A stretch of DNA of 64,000 nucleotides from the human T2T-CHM13v2.0 reference genome, Homo sapiens: NCBI RefSeq assembly GCF_009914755.1, contig NC_060928.1, one strand, 5' to 3'. The notes beneath the pieces were generated by a model. That model saw only the letters and a program-made list of their open reading frames with translations. It did not search any database and was not told where the DNA came from. The translations under genes and the position numbers were made by a program. This document shows positions 13,713-29,325 of the stretch, in pieces; the stretch's first letter is position 1; each line of letters opens with the position of its first letter.

Positions 13713-15589
13713 CAAGCTGGCCCATTTCATGTGGAGAGTAAGTTAAAACGGGTGTTTATCAATTTATATTTTTAGGTGGTTCTTTGAAGCTAAAAATCTA
13801 TTTTGTTCAAGTATTATCTCTTCCAAAAAAAACTGAACATTTTGAGATTCTCAGTTAAGCAGTCAACAAGATGTCAGGAAAAGGATTTTAATTTTGCTTA
13901 ATAACAGAATTGTTGACCTTTCAGCAACTCTCTAGCCAAAGTATTGCATCCTAGCCTGACTATAGCCCTAAACATTTTTTTTAAAGGGAAAATGCTGGAT
14001 TTTAAACTACTCTGAATTTTAATAAAGAAATGGGGAGATTGAAGGAAAGACAAAGAGGAAAGGAGAGAGAAAGGCGGAAGGAGGGGGTGAAGTCACAAAC
14101 ATTTAATACAGGCTTAATGGCAAGATGCTACAACATCTTGCAACCAAAGAAAAATGTGGATTCCAGAAAGCCCTTAAATAGAGGATTTGAGACAACAACA
14201 AACAGAGTTGCCTATTCCTCATAAAAGTACATTCTGATTTACCTGATTAGCAAGACCATATGGCTGTACACTGAACCATGCAAGGAGTCAGATTTGATTA
14301 CTGATCCCGGTTTTTCACTCAAAATATCATTTAGGACTGAAAGAGCTCATAAAGCACATAATTGAACAAAGAAAAGAGACTATCAAACTTCATTATGAAT
14401 GGCAGTAAAGAAAATATTTTTGGTACTCAAGTAGTCAATTATAATATGTCAATTTAACTGTTGCTATTTGCCATTTAGTACTTCAATACTATCATTTAAT
14501 TTTCGTTCTTTACCTTTCCATAATTAGTAGTTTGCAACCTAGGCTTGATGCTAAATTTGAAAGACTTAACATATGGATTAAAAATAGTAACTATTCTAGA
14601 ACAATGCCTAGATTATGGAAGTCCTTAATAAATAGTTGATGAATGATTGAATAACATGATAAGTTTAAAGTCTACACTAGAGTAATCCAGCTCTCTTGAG
14701 TAAGTGTGCCATTGGAACTTTGGCTGAGTGTACATGATCTGCGGTCAAACTGATTAGCTACCGTCCTAGAGTAGCCATGTTTTGGTTGTGTCCTTCGATA
14801 ATATAATAGTGGTACCTAAATTATTTATTCTTAGAATGAAATTAGAGAATGGATGTGAGATTGTACATTGCCTGGCCTCTATATTAGTTATTTTTATTCT
14901 AAACATCTCCACTCAAAATTTCCAGAAATAAAACTTTCAAGGCAATAATCCAACATAGATACAGATAAGTAAACGATAAAATGGAAAATCCAGAGAAGAT
15001 GCATGGCTTTGATGAAAGGAAAATTGTAGAAAGCATTCATTTTTCTTTATCTAAAAATGTAACAATGGATATTATAGTTGACTTCTGATTTGTCCATTCA
15101 GGAGACAAAATATATCCTATAGATAAGCAAAAATGACGTGAAGTTGACGGAGTCACTGGCTAATTCTACAATGCAAGTTATCAAATTTGTACTGCTAGCA
15201 ATGTGCTCTGCTTTCTTGGAATATTGTGGGTATCTGAAAGCAAAATACACCAGGTTTTTCTCTTGGAATATAACATGAAAAGTAAAACATAACTTAAAAG
15301 TATAGCAGAGTTTTATAAAGAAACCAATGAAAAAAGATTAGGGAAAAATGCATTGACTCCTAGAACTTAAAAAGTTAGATAATATGGAAAACTCATTATA
15401 TATACATTAAGGTAGGCTTACAAGCTTGCCACTAATGCCTGGCTATTTGATACATTTCTCATTTATTTGAGTATTTTGAAACAAATCTTTGAAAGCATTT
15501 ACTAAATTAAATGTTTTCTTGTTAATTTTAGAAAAATAAATGTCTATTTTTTTAAGCCCTGTGAGAACAGGATATATAAAGGAAGGGTC

Positions 15590-15772
15590 ACACGCTTGAG
15601 CTCTGGCACCAAAAAGGATCCAGGTCTGAGTCTTGGATCTTTCGCTTACTGAGGCTGTTCTTGTGTAAATCATTGAACCTCTACTTAGAGAGTTGCTCTA
15701 AGCATACATGAAATCATGCATGTAAAATGCTCTGCAGAGTGTCTGGAACATTCAACATGTGTTAGATATTAC
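15590..15772 (+). mobile_element. MIR SINE, degraded
   Basis: gcttgagctctggcacc...tgtgtaaatcattgaacctct...atgcatgtaaaatgctctgcagagtgtctggaaca. Confidence 0.55.
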
Positions 15773-16355
15773 TTTCAGGTTGCTATAATTGATAATATAA
15801 AACATAATCATAGTCAATAACCCCATACATGAGTATATTAGATTCAGGAGAATCCATTTTAATATATTAGACTTGATGTGATATAAGTTAAGGTAATTAT
15901 ATGATTGAGATGGGAGAGTAAAATAGTACAAATACAGAAAAACAAAAAAAGAACGTTGTGGTCATCACTTTTAAACACAGTTGGACACTACCATTAAAGA
16001 GGAATCTTCATCACTAAAAGTAAGGTAATTTTGTTAGAAATGCAAATCCTAACACAAAAAATCGGATCAAAGGTAAATCACAAATAATGTTTGAGGTACA
16101 AAGAATCTACCACTGTGGGAAAATTCAGGCCATAATAAACCACTCTTTACACAGGGGATCCAATGGGAGACATTTGAAAAACAGAAATACACTTTTCTTG
16201 GTGAGCAATGTTAGGTACTCCAGTTTCATCTTAACTTTGTCTTTGGTTATGGGTCTCAAGCATCCCTATTTCTGTAAACAAACACATAAATATTCAAAAG
16301 AGTATCTCTAAGTAAGTTGAGGTTTATAAAATAGAAATTTTTCTTTTTAACATAC

Positions 16356-16570
16356 CGAGGCTTTATTTTTTAGCTTTCTGTCTTTAGTAGCAGTCTTTCC
16401 TTTTTGGTTGCTGGTAAAATAATGCAAGGTTCCATATTCCATCAAGGCTGCAAAAACAAAAATGAAACAAACAGAAACAAAGAGATCCATCGCAGTCACA
16501 TAAGAAACCTTAGGTAAAGACTTCCTGGCAATTGTACTCAGGGTTGTCATAGTCAGAACTGTAGTGATAC
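16356..16570 (-). CDS. GABRG1: GABRG1 coding exon 8 (215 nt; [28 protein letters not shown]...KNKAS), TM2-TM3
   Basis: Inside ORF 16347..16589; channel-lining TTVLTMTT motif; acceptor ctctctatag|GT, donor TCG|gtatgt. Confidence 0.97.
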
Positions 16571-16789
16571 CTATAGAGAGAGGAAACAAAACAGGAAATG
16601 AAAATTAATAGACCACATTTATTCTTCCATCTGATTTGGCAATATTGTGAGTGAAATTAAACAATAGAAACAAAAATATGATTACTAGTAATTTATATTA
16701 ATAATTATTGGTAGCCATAGCAACATTGTGTCCAATGTGCTCTTTGTGTTTCTGTGAGTTCTAATCATTTAAATTACTGCGGAGTGCAA

Positions 16790-17286
16790 GTTGACTCCTG
16801 ATATCCATTCTTCCCTTCCTCCATTGTAATAGAATATCAAATATTTAGCTGGCATATGACTGCCCAGAACAACTTTATTTGCCATCTCTCTGCAGTTGAG
16901 TGTGGCTACAGGCTGAGATCTAGCCAAAGGGAACCAAGTCAAGAATGTAGGCAACACACAATATCCTAAAGACAGCATTAAAGAGACAAGGAATGCCCTT
17001 CTTTCCTTCTCATTGCCTTCTGCTGGAATACAATGGCCAGACCAATAGCACTATCTTAAAACATTAGATAATATTGGAAATTAAATTTACTCACAATACA
17101 GGAGAAAGCCAGAAGGAGCCTGAGTCTCTCATACTATAATGCATTGTATCGCCTTGAAATTAAAAAAAAAAGAAATACCTACCCCTAGACTTCACATAAG
17201 CAACAGATATTCTTCTAATTGAAGTGACAGTGACTTGACATTTTCCACCATACATATACAGTCAAAATTAATCCAAACTAACATAG
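16790..17286 (+). mobile_element. MLT1 (MaLR) LTR, MLT1J-like
   Basis: atttagctggcatatgactgcccaga...gttgagtgtggctac...agaaggagcctgagtctc...cagtcaaaattaatccaaactaacata. Confidence 0.6.
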
Positions 17287-18869
17287 CTTTTTGTTATATA
17301 ATAACCTGAGTTAAACCCATTTTTTAATCTCAATGTTTAAGTGAGGAATACTGGCACAGTTATATCAAGGGAATACTGCTTTGAAAGCACAGAGTAAATC
17401 CTTTTATTTTTGAGAAGTCAGCATGTATACCTGGGATGTCCCCAAGGGTCCCAATCCTGTATGTGTATCCTTGAAGGGATCTGTTTCTCATCAGTCTTTG
17501 TGTGGTTCTTATCACTATTAATCTTAGGTCTCCTAAATTACAGATGCACATGCTAATATTTCTTTTAACCTAAACTTTCATAATCCTCATTCGTTTTCCC
17601 AGTAAATATGGCCCCATGAGCGGAATTGTTTACTCTCTTAAAAGTACTAAACATAATGCTAAATGCTTCTTAATTTGACCAATATTTATAGAGTGACAAC
17701 ATTTATGATGAAAAGTAAATCAAAAACAGCTGTAGCAACAGTCTCTTTGGTATAGTGAAGGCAATAACCACCTCTTCCCCTCATGTCTCCATTGAAACAT
17801 ACCCTAAAAATTCTACTCACAAACCTGTCATTTCACTTTTATCATTTCTTAGGATTGGAGAAAATATTAAAGGTGAAACAGTTGTGATGAATTTGGAATT
17901 ATGATACAAATTTAGGTTTAATCTCTGACTCTTCTATTAGCTCTGTGATCTTAACAAAGTTTTTCAACTCCTTTGTGCCTCTCGTTTAAAAAAAACAAAC
18001 ACAGTAATATCTTGCTTCGTAATTGTAGTAAATATACACAAAATGTACTTAATTTAATTATTTGTCTTTTTTTTAAATTTCCAAATATACAAGGCCATTG
18101 TCAGTTATATTATTTTTATTTATTTTTAATTTACTTCCTTTTTTGTTAGAAAATATACTCTGAAAATTTTAGTGTTTTGTATTTTAGTAATATCTTGTTT
18201 AATGATCTATATGCACTTGAAAATATTGTGTGCTCTGAAGTTAGGTGTAGTGTCCTATAAATATCAATCAGGTAAAGTAGTTGATGATAATTTCTTTTCA
18301 AAGTTTCTATATCCTAATTAACTTTTTCTTGTAGTTCTAACAATGAATGAGAAAACAGTATGGTTGCAGATTTGTTTATTTCTCCCACTATTCCTTACAG
18401 CTTTTACTTCAATTATTTTGAAACTAAATGTACATTTTTAAAGGCTTTGTTATGGTAAAGGCTAAAAAAATGATATATACAAGTCTCCCTTTGCCTCATC
18501 TCCCACACAAGCTTATTAAATCACATTGTTCCCATCGTCAGCCCAGGTAGGTTTCCAAAGTGTTTCTTGGCTCCACAATTATGTCTCCTATCTGAAAAAT
18601 CTTAAATCCAATGTGTGGTTTCATTTTGTTATCCACTACTGCAATAAATTTTACTTTATTAAGTTTCTGTTACTTTCTTTTTTAATAAGGCAAAAAAACT
18701 AAGCAGAACTTTGCTTTCAGACATTTATTTAATTTAGTAATTATTATCACTGTCATTACCTTGAGAAGAACATAGTGGATTTTCTATTAAAATATTTCTG
18801 AGTCCGTGATAATAAAAAACACTTAAGATATTAACAGGATATTGAGAAAACATTTTGGATATCATTGCT

Positions 18870-19455
18870 ATATTCTCCATGGCTTCCCCTACTCAAGATC
18901 CTACAATAGTATCCCATCACATTTGAAATAAAATTTAAAGTCCTTAAAATGGCCCACAAAAATTTACCTGATCTAACTATTGGCCCCTTCTCCAAATTTA
19001 TTTTCTGTGACTATTCATTCAGCTCCAACCACATTTGTCATTTTTCTGAACCCCAAAGCATGGCATAGCAGGAAGATCTGGCTTCAAAAACCATATGGTT
19101 CCCCCTGCCTGGAATATCTTTCTGCCCAATATCCACCAGGTTAGCACCACACTTCATTGGGTCACTGCTCAAATGCCACATCATCAGAGGTATCTATTGA
19201 GACTCCACAATATAAAATAGCAAATATCATACCACTCACACCCTGTCATTTTCTAAACATTGATTTTGCTATCTCTTCACAGCCTTCATGACTCACTAAA
19301 ATTTTATTGTATGCCTTTTACATTTGTACATTACCTGTTTTCTCTACTAAAATGTAAACACCATAAACACGAAGTTTTAAAATTTTATTCACTGTTAACA
19401 CTAAAGCACCAAAAACACTGCTTGTTTAACAGAAAGCATTGGATACATTGTAGAA
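18870..19455 (+). mobile_element. L2 LINE 3' part
   Basis: ctccatggcttccc...aataaaatttaaagtccttaaaatggcccacaa...cccctgcctggaatatc...ctgctcaaatgccacatcatcagag. Confidence 0.65.
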
Positions 19456-20942
19456 AAATGCAAGGTTGAGTTCAGGAAATTGTCTTGCAGTGATATGTGT
19501 GTGCATGTATATTTAAAGCAATTGTAATTCTCTATCTTAGGGTCCACAATTACAAGAGATATTTGTCAAGTTACATCTGGCTGTGCTTACCTTTATGATT
19601 GATATGCTAATATTGAATAAAAATAAGTTTATGCAAAAACGACTTCACAGTTGGCTTTTCTCTTCATGACACTCTAGCATAGAACTTTATACAAACCCAG
19701 TGGTATAAATAATCCATTCAAATTCTTTTAGAAACTTCCAAACAGTTATGCATAGTGGTTATACTAATTTACATTCCCAGAAAAATATGGAAATAGAAAC
19801 AAAAATACTATGGTTAAGTTATAGTAGCATACAAAGAACCTCAAATAATTTATACAACTTATAAAATAATTTTAAACAATGAAAGGAAACAAAATTGAGA
19901 TACGAATGGATTTTGTCCACTAGCTATGTCAATATCCCTGTTTAGATGGCCAAGAGAATTTCAAGTATAGACCCATGTGCCTCATGCATTGTTGTTGTCA
20001 CTTTTATGTGACCTGCATTTTACTGTACTTATTAGATGGAATCATTTATAAGCTATCATAGAAATCACATATAAACTTCTTTGTGGTTAAAAATAGAAAC
20101 TGTCTCACCTTTCTTTACATATTTTTAAGACACAATTATGAGCAGTGTGATTCATGTGTCTTTCACTGATTTGGGGGGTGAATCAATTGATTAACAAGTT
20201 TTATTCCTATATCAATACCTGATTGCAGGTTATCATTTTCTTTTAAATAACTATACTGTAATTAGTCACTTATTTTGTTATGTGATTTGATTATTACAAT
20301 AGATTGTTACAGAAAAATAGTAAAAGTCTATTTTGTCAAGTATGAATCAAATTACCCTGTTAATCAATGTTATTCTACAGGCAACTACAGGCAACTCTCA
20401 AGTATTCACAGAATAAATACACATTTTATACATGACAGAAGCCACAGAAGCCAGGGAGCGTCTTGTTCCTTTCAGCTACTTGCCCTTTGGAAAGATTGAC
20501 TTCATTAGCAATGTTATAAAAGCAGGTTATTTTAAAGCCATCTGCACACCTCAGTAAATAAACAGTGGTTATTAGTGACTCAGCTATAACATAAAATAAA
20601 ATCTTGATGAAACGTGATAGAAAAACTCAACCAAAATAAGATTTAGGAATTACGTATGATTTTCATGTATTAATTCTTGTTATGGATCTATGCTTCCCTT
20701 GGTCTTCATTAGCAGAAAAAAGAAGGAATTTTCTGAAATTTCAAGTTCTTTACAATTCCATTTTCTACTTTTCTTTTTTTACATATCTCTTTCAACATGG
20801 TATTGTCCCTTAGTTCCTGTCAATTTTTTTCCTGACTGTAGTCTAGAAGAATATATCTAATAAATGTGACTATGAACTTTTATCACATCAAAATGATTTT
20901 TTAAAGTTCTATGGCATTATAGCATAATATTACATGTCATAC

Positions 20943-21095
20943 CCAACGATGTTCTTGCAGGCACTGCATCTTTATTGATCCAAAAAGACACCCAAGAAAG
21001 AACAACTGTCAGAATGCATGGAATGTAGGTCTGAATAGTGAAATATCCCATTCTTCTGCTCAGGTCAAAAAAAATTGTCATGATAACATAATCCC
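20943..21095 (-). CDS. GABRG1: GABRG1 coding exon 7 (153 nt; [50 protein letters not shown]), TM1 and start of TM2
   Basis: Inside ORF 20917..21147; acceptor ttttcttacag|GG, donor TTGG|gtatga. Confidence 0.97.
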
Positions 21096-21210
21096 CTGTA
21101 AGAAAAAAAAGTTTTATTTTGGCTATATAATATAAATCACAATCCATATATTTAAAATAAAAATGTCATTTAATGCTAGCATCATTTCACTATTTGAGTA
21201 TTCTTTTTAC

Positions 21211-21348
21211 CAGAGATCGTGTGAGTGATTTCAGTTGAGTTCCGTAACCCTACAAATGCAAACTGATATAATCTCCAGTATTTAGGATCAGCCACTTCTA
21301 CGGAGGGCTTTTTCCACTTATACTCAATTTCATTTTTAGGGTATCCAT
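21211..21348 (-). CDS. GABRG1: GABRG1 coding exon 6 (138 nt; [45 protein letters not shown])
   Basis: Inside ORF 21182..21367; acceptor tctctatag|AT, donor CTG|gtaaaa. Confidence 0.96.
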
Positions 21349-21469
21349 CTATAGAGAAAAAATACATAGATTAGCAAGATCCAAATTTGATACCATTGCA
21401 ATGCCAACATTATCCAAAGGTAGATTCTTGGAACTTTCTCCTCTTTTTTTATTACAAGATATGCCAAAC

Positions 21470-22760
21470 ATAGAATATTTGAATACAATAAATATTAATA
21501 AGCAGAGTTTAATGACTAATCATACATGGATCAAATAATGATAACCCATGTAATCTACTTAAGAAATAGAAACTTGCTAACACACAGAAAACCCAATATG
21601 TCCACCCCAATATAGTACTCCCTCCCCAATCTAGAGGTAATAACTATCCTAATTTCTGTGATGATCTTTTCTTTTTAATATAGATTTTTCATATGCATTT
21701 CTGAAAAGTATAGCATAGTTTGGGTTCCTTTGAATTTTATTTGATCATTCCCATACTTAAGGCATTCTTTGGCATATTATTTTTTTCTTCTTTTTCCTCA
21801 TGCTACCTTGTCTAAGAATGTATTTTTTAATATATTGTGATAGTCATCAAAGTTGTACGTAGCTAAATTTCTTCCATTGTAAAAACACACCGAAATTTAT
21901 CTATTATACTGTTTTAGACATTTGTGGTATTTTCTGTTGGCTATAACCAACATTGCTCTAGTAACATTATTATACATGCCTCCCGAAACGTGGCATGCAA
22001 TATGCAAGCATTACTTTAGGATAGAGTATGGAGTAGCTGGGTCATGGGTTACACATAATATCAACTTTATGAGGTAGTGCCAATCTTTTTTCCATAGAGA
22101 GTATACTAACATATTCTCCTTTTTTTTTTTTAGACGGAGTCTCACTCTGTTGTCCAGGCTGGAGTGCAGTGGCACGATCTTGGCTCACTGCTAATGTCTG
22201 CCGCCCAGGTTCAAGCAATTCTCATGCCTCAGCCTCCCAAGTAGCTGAGACCTATACAGGTGCTTGCCAACACGAATGGCTACCCTTTTTTTTAAATTTT
22301 CTTTTTATTTTTATCTTTATTAGAGACAGGGTTTTGCCATGTTGGCCAGGCTATTCTCGAACCCCTGACCTCAGGTGATCTGCTCCCCTCGGCCTCCCAA
22401 AGTGCTGAGATTACAGGCATGAGCCACCACGCCTAGCCACTAGCATATTCTCTTATCAGCCAGAGTGTGAAAGTTAACATGAATGCATATTCTCATTAAT
22501 CTTGATAAATGCAGTCTTCTTCATTTTTACTCGTCCATGAAGTGTATTTTATTTCACATTCTCCTGATTAATAATAAAACCTAGCCTTTAAAAAGTATGT
22601 TTATTAGAATTTTGGATTGCTTCTTTGAGGAACTGCTTGTTCAATTGCCCATTATTTATTTTTTACTTTCTCTTATTTTTTCCTCTCTTTTTATATTAAT
22701 GTTTTATGTATTCTAGATACTAGTCCTTTGTTAAGGAAAATGTTTTTGTCTACTTTGTAG
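21470..22760 (-). mobile_element. Old L1M fragment interrupted by an Alu
   Basis: agaggtaataactatcctaatttctgtg...ttttctgttggctataacc...gtagctgggtcatggg...ttatgtattctagatactagtcctttg; boundaries approximate. Confidence 0.6.
22120..22438 (-). mobile_element. AluS SINE with 14-bp TSD
   Basis: T-tail then agacggagtctcactctg...cctgacctcaggtgatc...gcctagcc; TSD actaacatattctc (22105-22118) / actagcatattctc (22439-22452). Confidence 0.93.
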
Positions 22761-22983
22761 CTGTCTAGAACGGAGGTCTATCCTTTCATCTTTCTAAAAA
22801 ATATTTCTGTTTCTGGCTTGTATCAGGAATATCTTTGAGGACTTTTTGAACGAACCAAGTGAAAGAAATTTGGGCTAAAAATCTATTTGAGGTAGACTTG
22901 TAATTAGATTCTCTCAAGAAGAATCATCTCACCCTGTATGCTGATTTCAGGGGCAACCTCCCTTTTAGCTTTCGGTGGTTGTA

Positions 22984-23006
22984 TGTGTGTGTGTGTGTGT
23001 GTGTGT
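22984..23006. repeat. (TG)n microsatellite
   Basis: Direct reading. Confidence 0.9.
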
Positions 23007-24395
23007 TTAGGAGGTAATTCTTCACGTGATCTCAACTGGTCAGGCTTTTGTATGCCAACTTTATGTGGAGATTATGTTCTATTACACTACCATCTTACAA
23101 TACCATCAAAGCAAAGCTTGAAGGAAATTACCACGTTTTGTCAATGTCCTCAGGTCAAAATCGGCTGCAACTTTACCTTTCTGGTTTACAGTTTTCATGT
23201 AGATGTTTGTAGCTAAAAAGTTCTTTCTACGTATGGTCACATACATGTTTTAGAATATTTTAATGGTATAAAATTTTTGTTTTCAACCGAAAGATTGGTA
23301 GCACATTACATAAACAGAATTCACTAATTAACTTGAAATTTCAAAAATAGTATATCCATGTATTTTGCACTAGGATCTCTATTAGTCATGCAATGAAATA
23401 GTTATCATCTCTGCTGATCTACTTAATAAATAAACTATTTTATCTTTCCTTTTCTCCATCTTCTTTCACTTGCTCTCTCGGGTTGTAGCCATTTTGATTT
23501 CTATAGTTTCTGTCTTTACTTTTAAAAAGTTTTAGAGTCAATAGAGGATAGACATAGTATACAGTAGTGTGGGCACAAATAAACATGATTGGCTAAATAG
23601 CCACTCTGAATCTCATGATATTAATTTTTAAAATTGGGACTGCAATGAAATCTTCCACACATATTTGTTGTGAAATATTAGATGCAGATGGCTGAATTCT
23701 CTACTGGACCCATTTAGAGTGCCTGAAAAAAATTAGCTATGATTATTATATGTTTGTTATTGACACCCAATTAAACTCACAAAGATAAATGATTAATTAC
23801 TATTAACAACAATCAAAACCAGAGAGCTATCACACCAAAATTTAAGAATGGCTTCTAGAATGAAGAAGTACAACTGCTACATCAATTATTGCATATGAAC
23901 TTTTCCTTGAGTTCCTTGAATTCTATCAATCAAGTATTTGTTGCTATTTGGCTGCCTTATCCACTTCAAAGTTACTGTTTAAAAATCAAAGCAGTGAGGT
24001 AGATCATTAATATAAAAGAATGCTTTAATGAGACAAAATCATTAAGAAAATTCAAGAATATCATTAATAAAAGGCAAAAAAAAATGTGGAAATTTAGTAA
24101 GTGAAGAAGTAGGGTTATGCTTATGAATAAAATGTCATATTACACTCTACCAAATTCTAGAATGTGATCTGTGAAAACAATAAATTTCAAAAGAAAGAAA
24201 ATAGCATTAGACAATTTGTGGGTAAAGGCAACCACATTTTTATAAGCCATTTTACATATTTTTAAGATAATTGTATGTATCTAGAAAAATACTTTTATAA
24301 AAATACATGTGAGGATACGTATGTTAGTGAATATAAAATAAAATTAATATAGCTCTGGAAAGGTTATAATTATTTCCTATAAAGAATATACCAGG

Positions 24396-26624
<2,229 letters not shown>

Positions 26625-27162
26625 TAATTATTCACCTCTAACCACTTCTCTATGAATCAATCTTTTTTAATTAAATCAACTTATTTCTACCTTGGTTTTT
26701 CTACCTTATTAAAGTAGTCTCAAATATTTGCTATTCGTATGGTAAATACTATTTGCCTAACCAATTTTTGAAACACATTTCAAAATCTAATGTAATAAAG
26801 TTAAATCTTGCCTCCAGGAAGATGAATATAATTTGAATCACCTTTTCTTGGGGACTGTGTAAAAACATTTGAATACAAACCTATTTTCAATACTCCTTTA
26901 TTTAATAAAAATAAGCAAATAGCATTGGAATAAAATTAAAAGTTATAAAGAATGTTTTAATAAAATATATGCATTCATAACACATTTATTGTAAACTTTT
27001 AGTTTAAAAGCAAGAAGCAAATATATTATTTGTAATTATTTTATCTAAAAGAATTGAACATAACTTACACTTTTGAAAATCCTATTTTATTTTCTTTCTT
27101 TTCATTTTTAAATAAACAGCTTCTAAGGTTAAAATTCTATGAAATTATCAAGTGTTTTGTTA

Positions 27163-27273
<111 letters not shown>

Positions 27274-28090
27274 TTAAATAAAGATAAATAATTTGAAGCA
27301 TTAAAAATCTCCTGTCTCATTTTAAAACAAGATTTTGTCATATGATAATAGATTGTGACCTATTAGAATATAATAATGATTCTAAAGTCTCAAAGTCTTA
27401 AATAGCAATAATATTATAATATTTATATATGACAGAATTCTAACAATTTCCTCTTCAGTCAACTAGGTTACCTCTGTATACATTTCAATATGATCTCTGT
27501 GTTTACACATAATAATTCATACTTCAATATGTCAGCAAACACACATATGCAAACATAGCAGATTAACAGATTATAAATGGTTAAGTATGGTAATTTTTTC
27601 TCTTGGTTTATTATGAATATCTTTTCCATGAAGGATGGTTCTTAATAAGCAGATATGTTTAAGTCAATGAGTTAAATAAACTTGAACCTTATACATCAAC
27701 CTTCATTTAATCCTTTCTTAGGGATGTTTTACCACACCATTGAAAATTAGAGTATTATAAAATTTTATAGCAGGGTGGGTTTCTAGAGGAAATCTTACTC
27801 AATTATTTGCACTGCAGGTTAAGAAAACCATAATCTTTATGCTGCAACCTGTTCTGCTTCAAAGGAAGAAAATCAAAGAATTTTTTCTCTTTGCTTTTAG
27901 TCCTTTTCACATAATAATAACTGAGCTTAAAAAAGTATTGCCAAAGTATTTCACCATTTTATATTTTAGCATGTGAAAGGAGCTCCACATTTTTGGTTTT
28001 GCAACTTTGAGAAATAAAAAATTAAGAATTGATTAAATATTAGTATGGAAAATAAATGAGAGCAACTACAGATTTTTAAACCAATATTAC

Positions 28091-28311
28091 CTTAGAGTAT
28101 ACAGAACTCGTCCATCATTCCAAATTCGAAGCAGACGATTAGGAGTTGTTATCCAGTGAGCATCAGATTTTCTTGAGTTTCTGAAGAAAGTGTCAGGAAT
28201 CCAAATTTTTCCAACCATATTACTGTTAAGCATAAGCACTTTCATGGTACTATTGAATTTTAAACGACTGTCAAACCAGGTTTGGGCAAAAATTATATCT
28301 ATTGTATATTC
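28091..28311 (-). CDS. GABRG1: GABRG1 coding exon 4 (221 nt; [20 protein letters not shown]...[39 protein letters not shown])
   Basis: Conserved Cys-loop receptor motifs QTWxDxRL and IWIPDTFF; acceptor ttttag|GAA, donor AG|gtaata. Confidence 0.96.
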
Positions 28312-28458
28312 CTAAAATATAAGAAGAGTAACAACATATTAGTAAAGCTACTATTTTAGTTGTTTTTCTCGAAAGTTTGAATTTTTGTATTGTAAAGTTT
28401 CTGCAAGTAACAGTTAAACTCAGTCTTTTCGGAGGAAAAAAATGCCATTATTTTAAAC

Positions 28459-28748
28459 TTTTTTTTTGAGACAGAGTCTCGCTCTGTCTCCCAGGCCGGA
28501 GTGCAGTGATGCAATCTCGGCTCACCGCAAGCTCCGCCTCCCGGGTTCACGCCATTCTCCTGCCTCAGCCTCCGGAGGAGCTGGGACAACAGGCACCCGC
28601 CACCACGCCTGGCTAATTTTTTGTATTTTTAGTAGAGAGGGGGTTTCACCGTGTTAGCCAGGATGGTCTCGATCTCCTGACCTCGTGATCTGCCCGGCTC
28701 ATCCTCCCAAAGTGCTGGGATTACAGGCGTGAGCCACCGCACACGGCC
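28459..28748 (-). mobile_element. AluY SINE ~150 nt upstream of the exon 4 acceptor, sense to GABRG1
   Basis: Y-type gcaagctccgcctcccgggttcacgccattctcc and ttagccaggatggtctcgatctcctgacctcgtga; CpG-rich; TSD taaacttt on both sides. Confidence 0.95.
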
Positions 28749-29087
28749 TAAACTTTCTTTCTGTTTGCATGAGTCATGTAAAATGAAATCCAAGATTTCA
28801 AGTAGTTATTGTTGCACAGTTGGCTTTATTATTTTTTATTTTTTGTGTGTGAATTTTACTCAAGATTTTGTAGTATGTAGGATGTACTCATTAAACTTAA
28901 AAGCAAGTTATCTTAATGTCAACAATTATATTAATTTATACATACAGTTTAAGTCACATAAACAAAAAAGAAACTAGACGCAAAAAACAACCAAATTTTT
29001 TAAGAGCCCTTACATTGTTTTTTGTCTAAAAAGTTAATTCCAATTATTTATATCTACTGTTTTTAAATGTTTTAAAGCAACCACAAA

Positions 29088-29325
29088 CTAACTTACTGAG
29101 CAATTATAAAATGCCAAACATATGTTAAGAGCTTTGCATGTTCATCTCACTAAATCTTTATTGCAACTCTGTGAAATATGTACTACTATAATCATTATTT
29201 TTCAGTAACATCTATTAATAGAAATATAAAATAATTCTTCTCACATCACAGAACTAATAAGCAGTTGATATGGAAACTGAGCCACTGCAGGCTAAATCCC
29301 AAGTCCACATCCATAACAAATGCAT
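29088..29325 (-). mobile_element. MIR SINE, degraded
   Basis: ctaacttactgagca...atgccaaacatatgttaagagctttgcatg...atctttattgcaactctgtgaaat. Confidence 0.6.

Noticed and set aside
13161-13730. 167-aa plus-strand ORF and three overlapping minus-strand ORFs
   Set aside because: They stay open only because of the stop-poor GGAA/GA repeat; the similarity to ORF 11220..11453 is just the DNA duplication.
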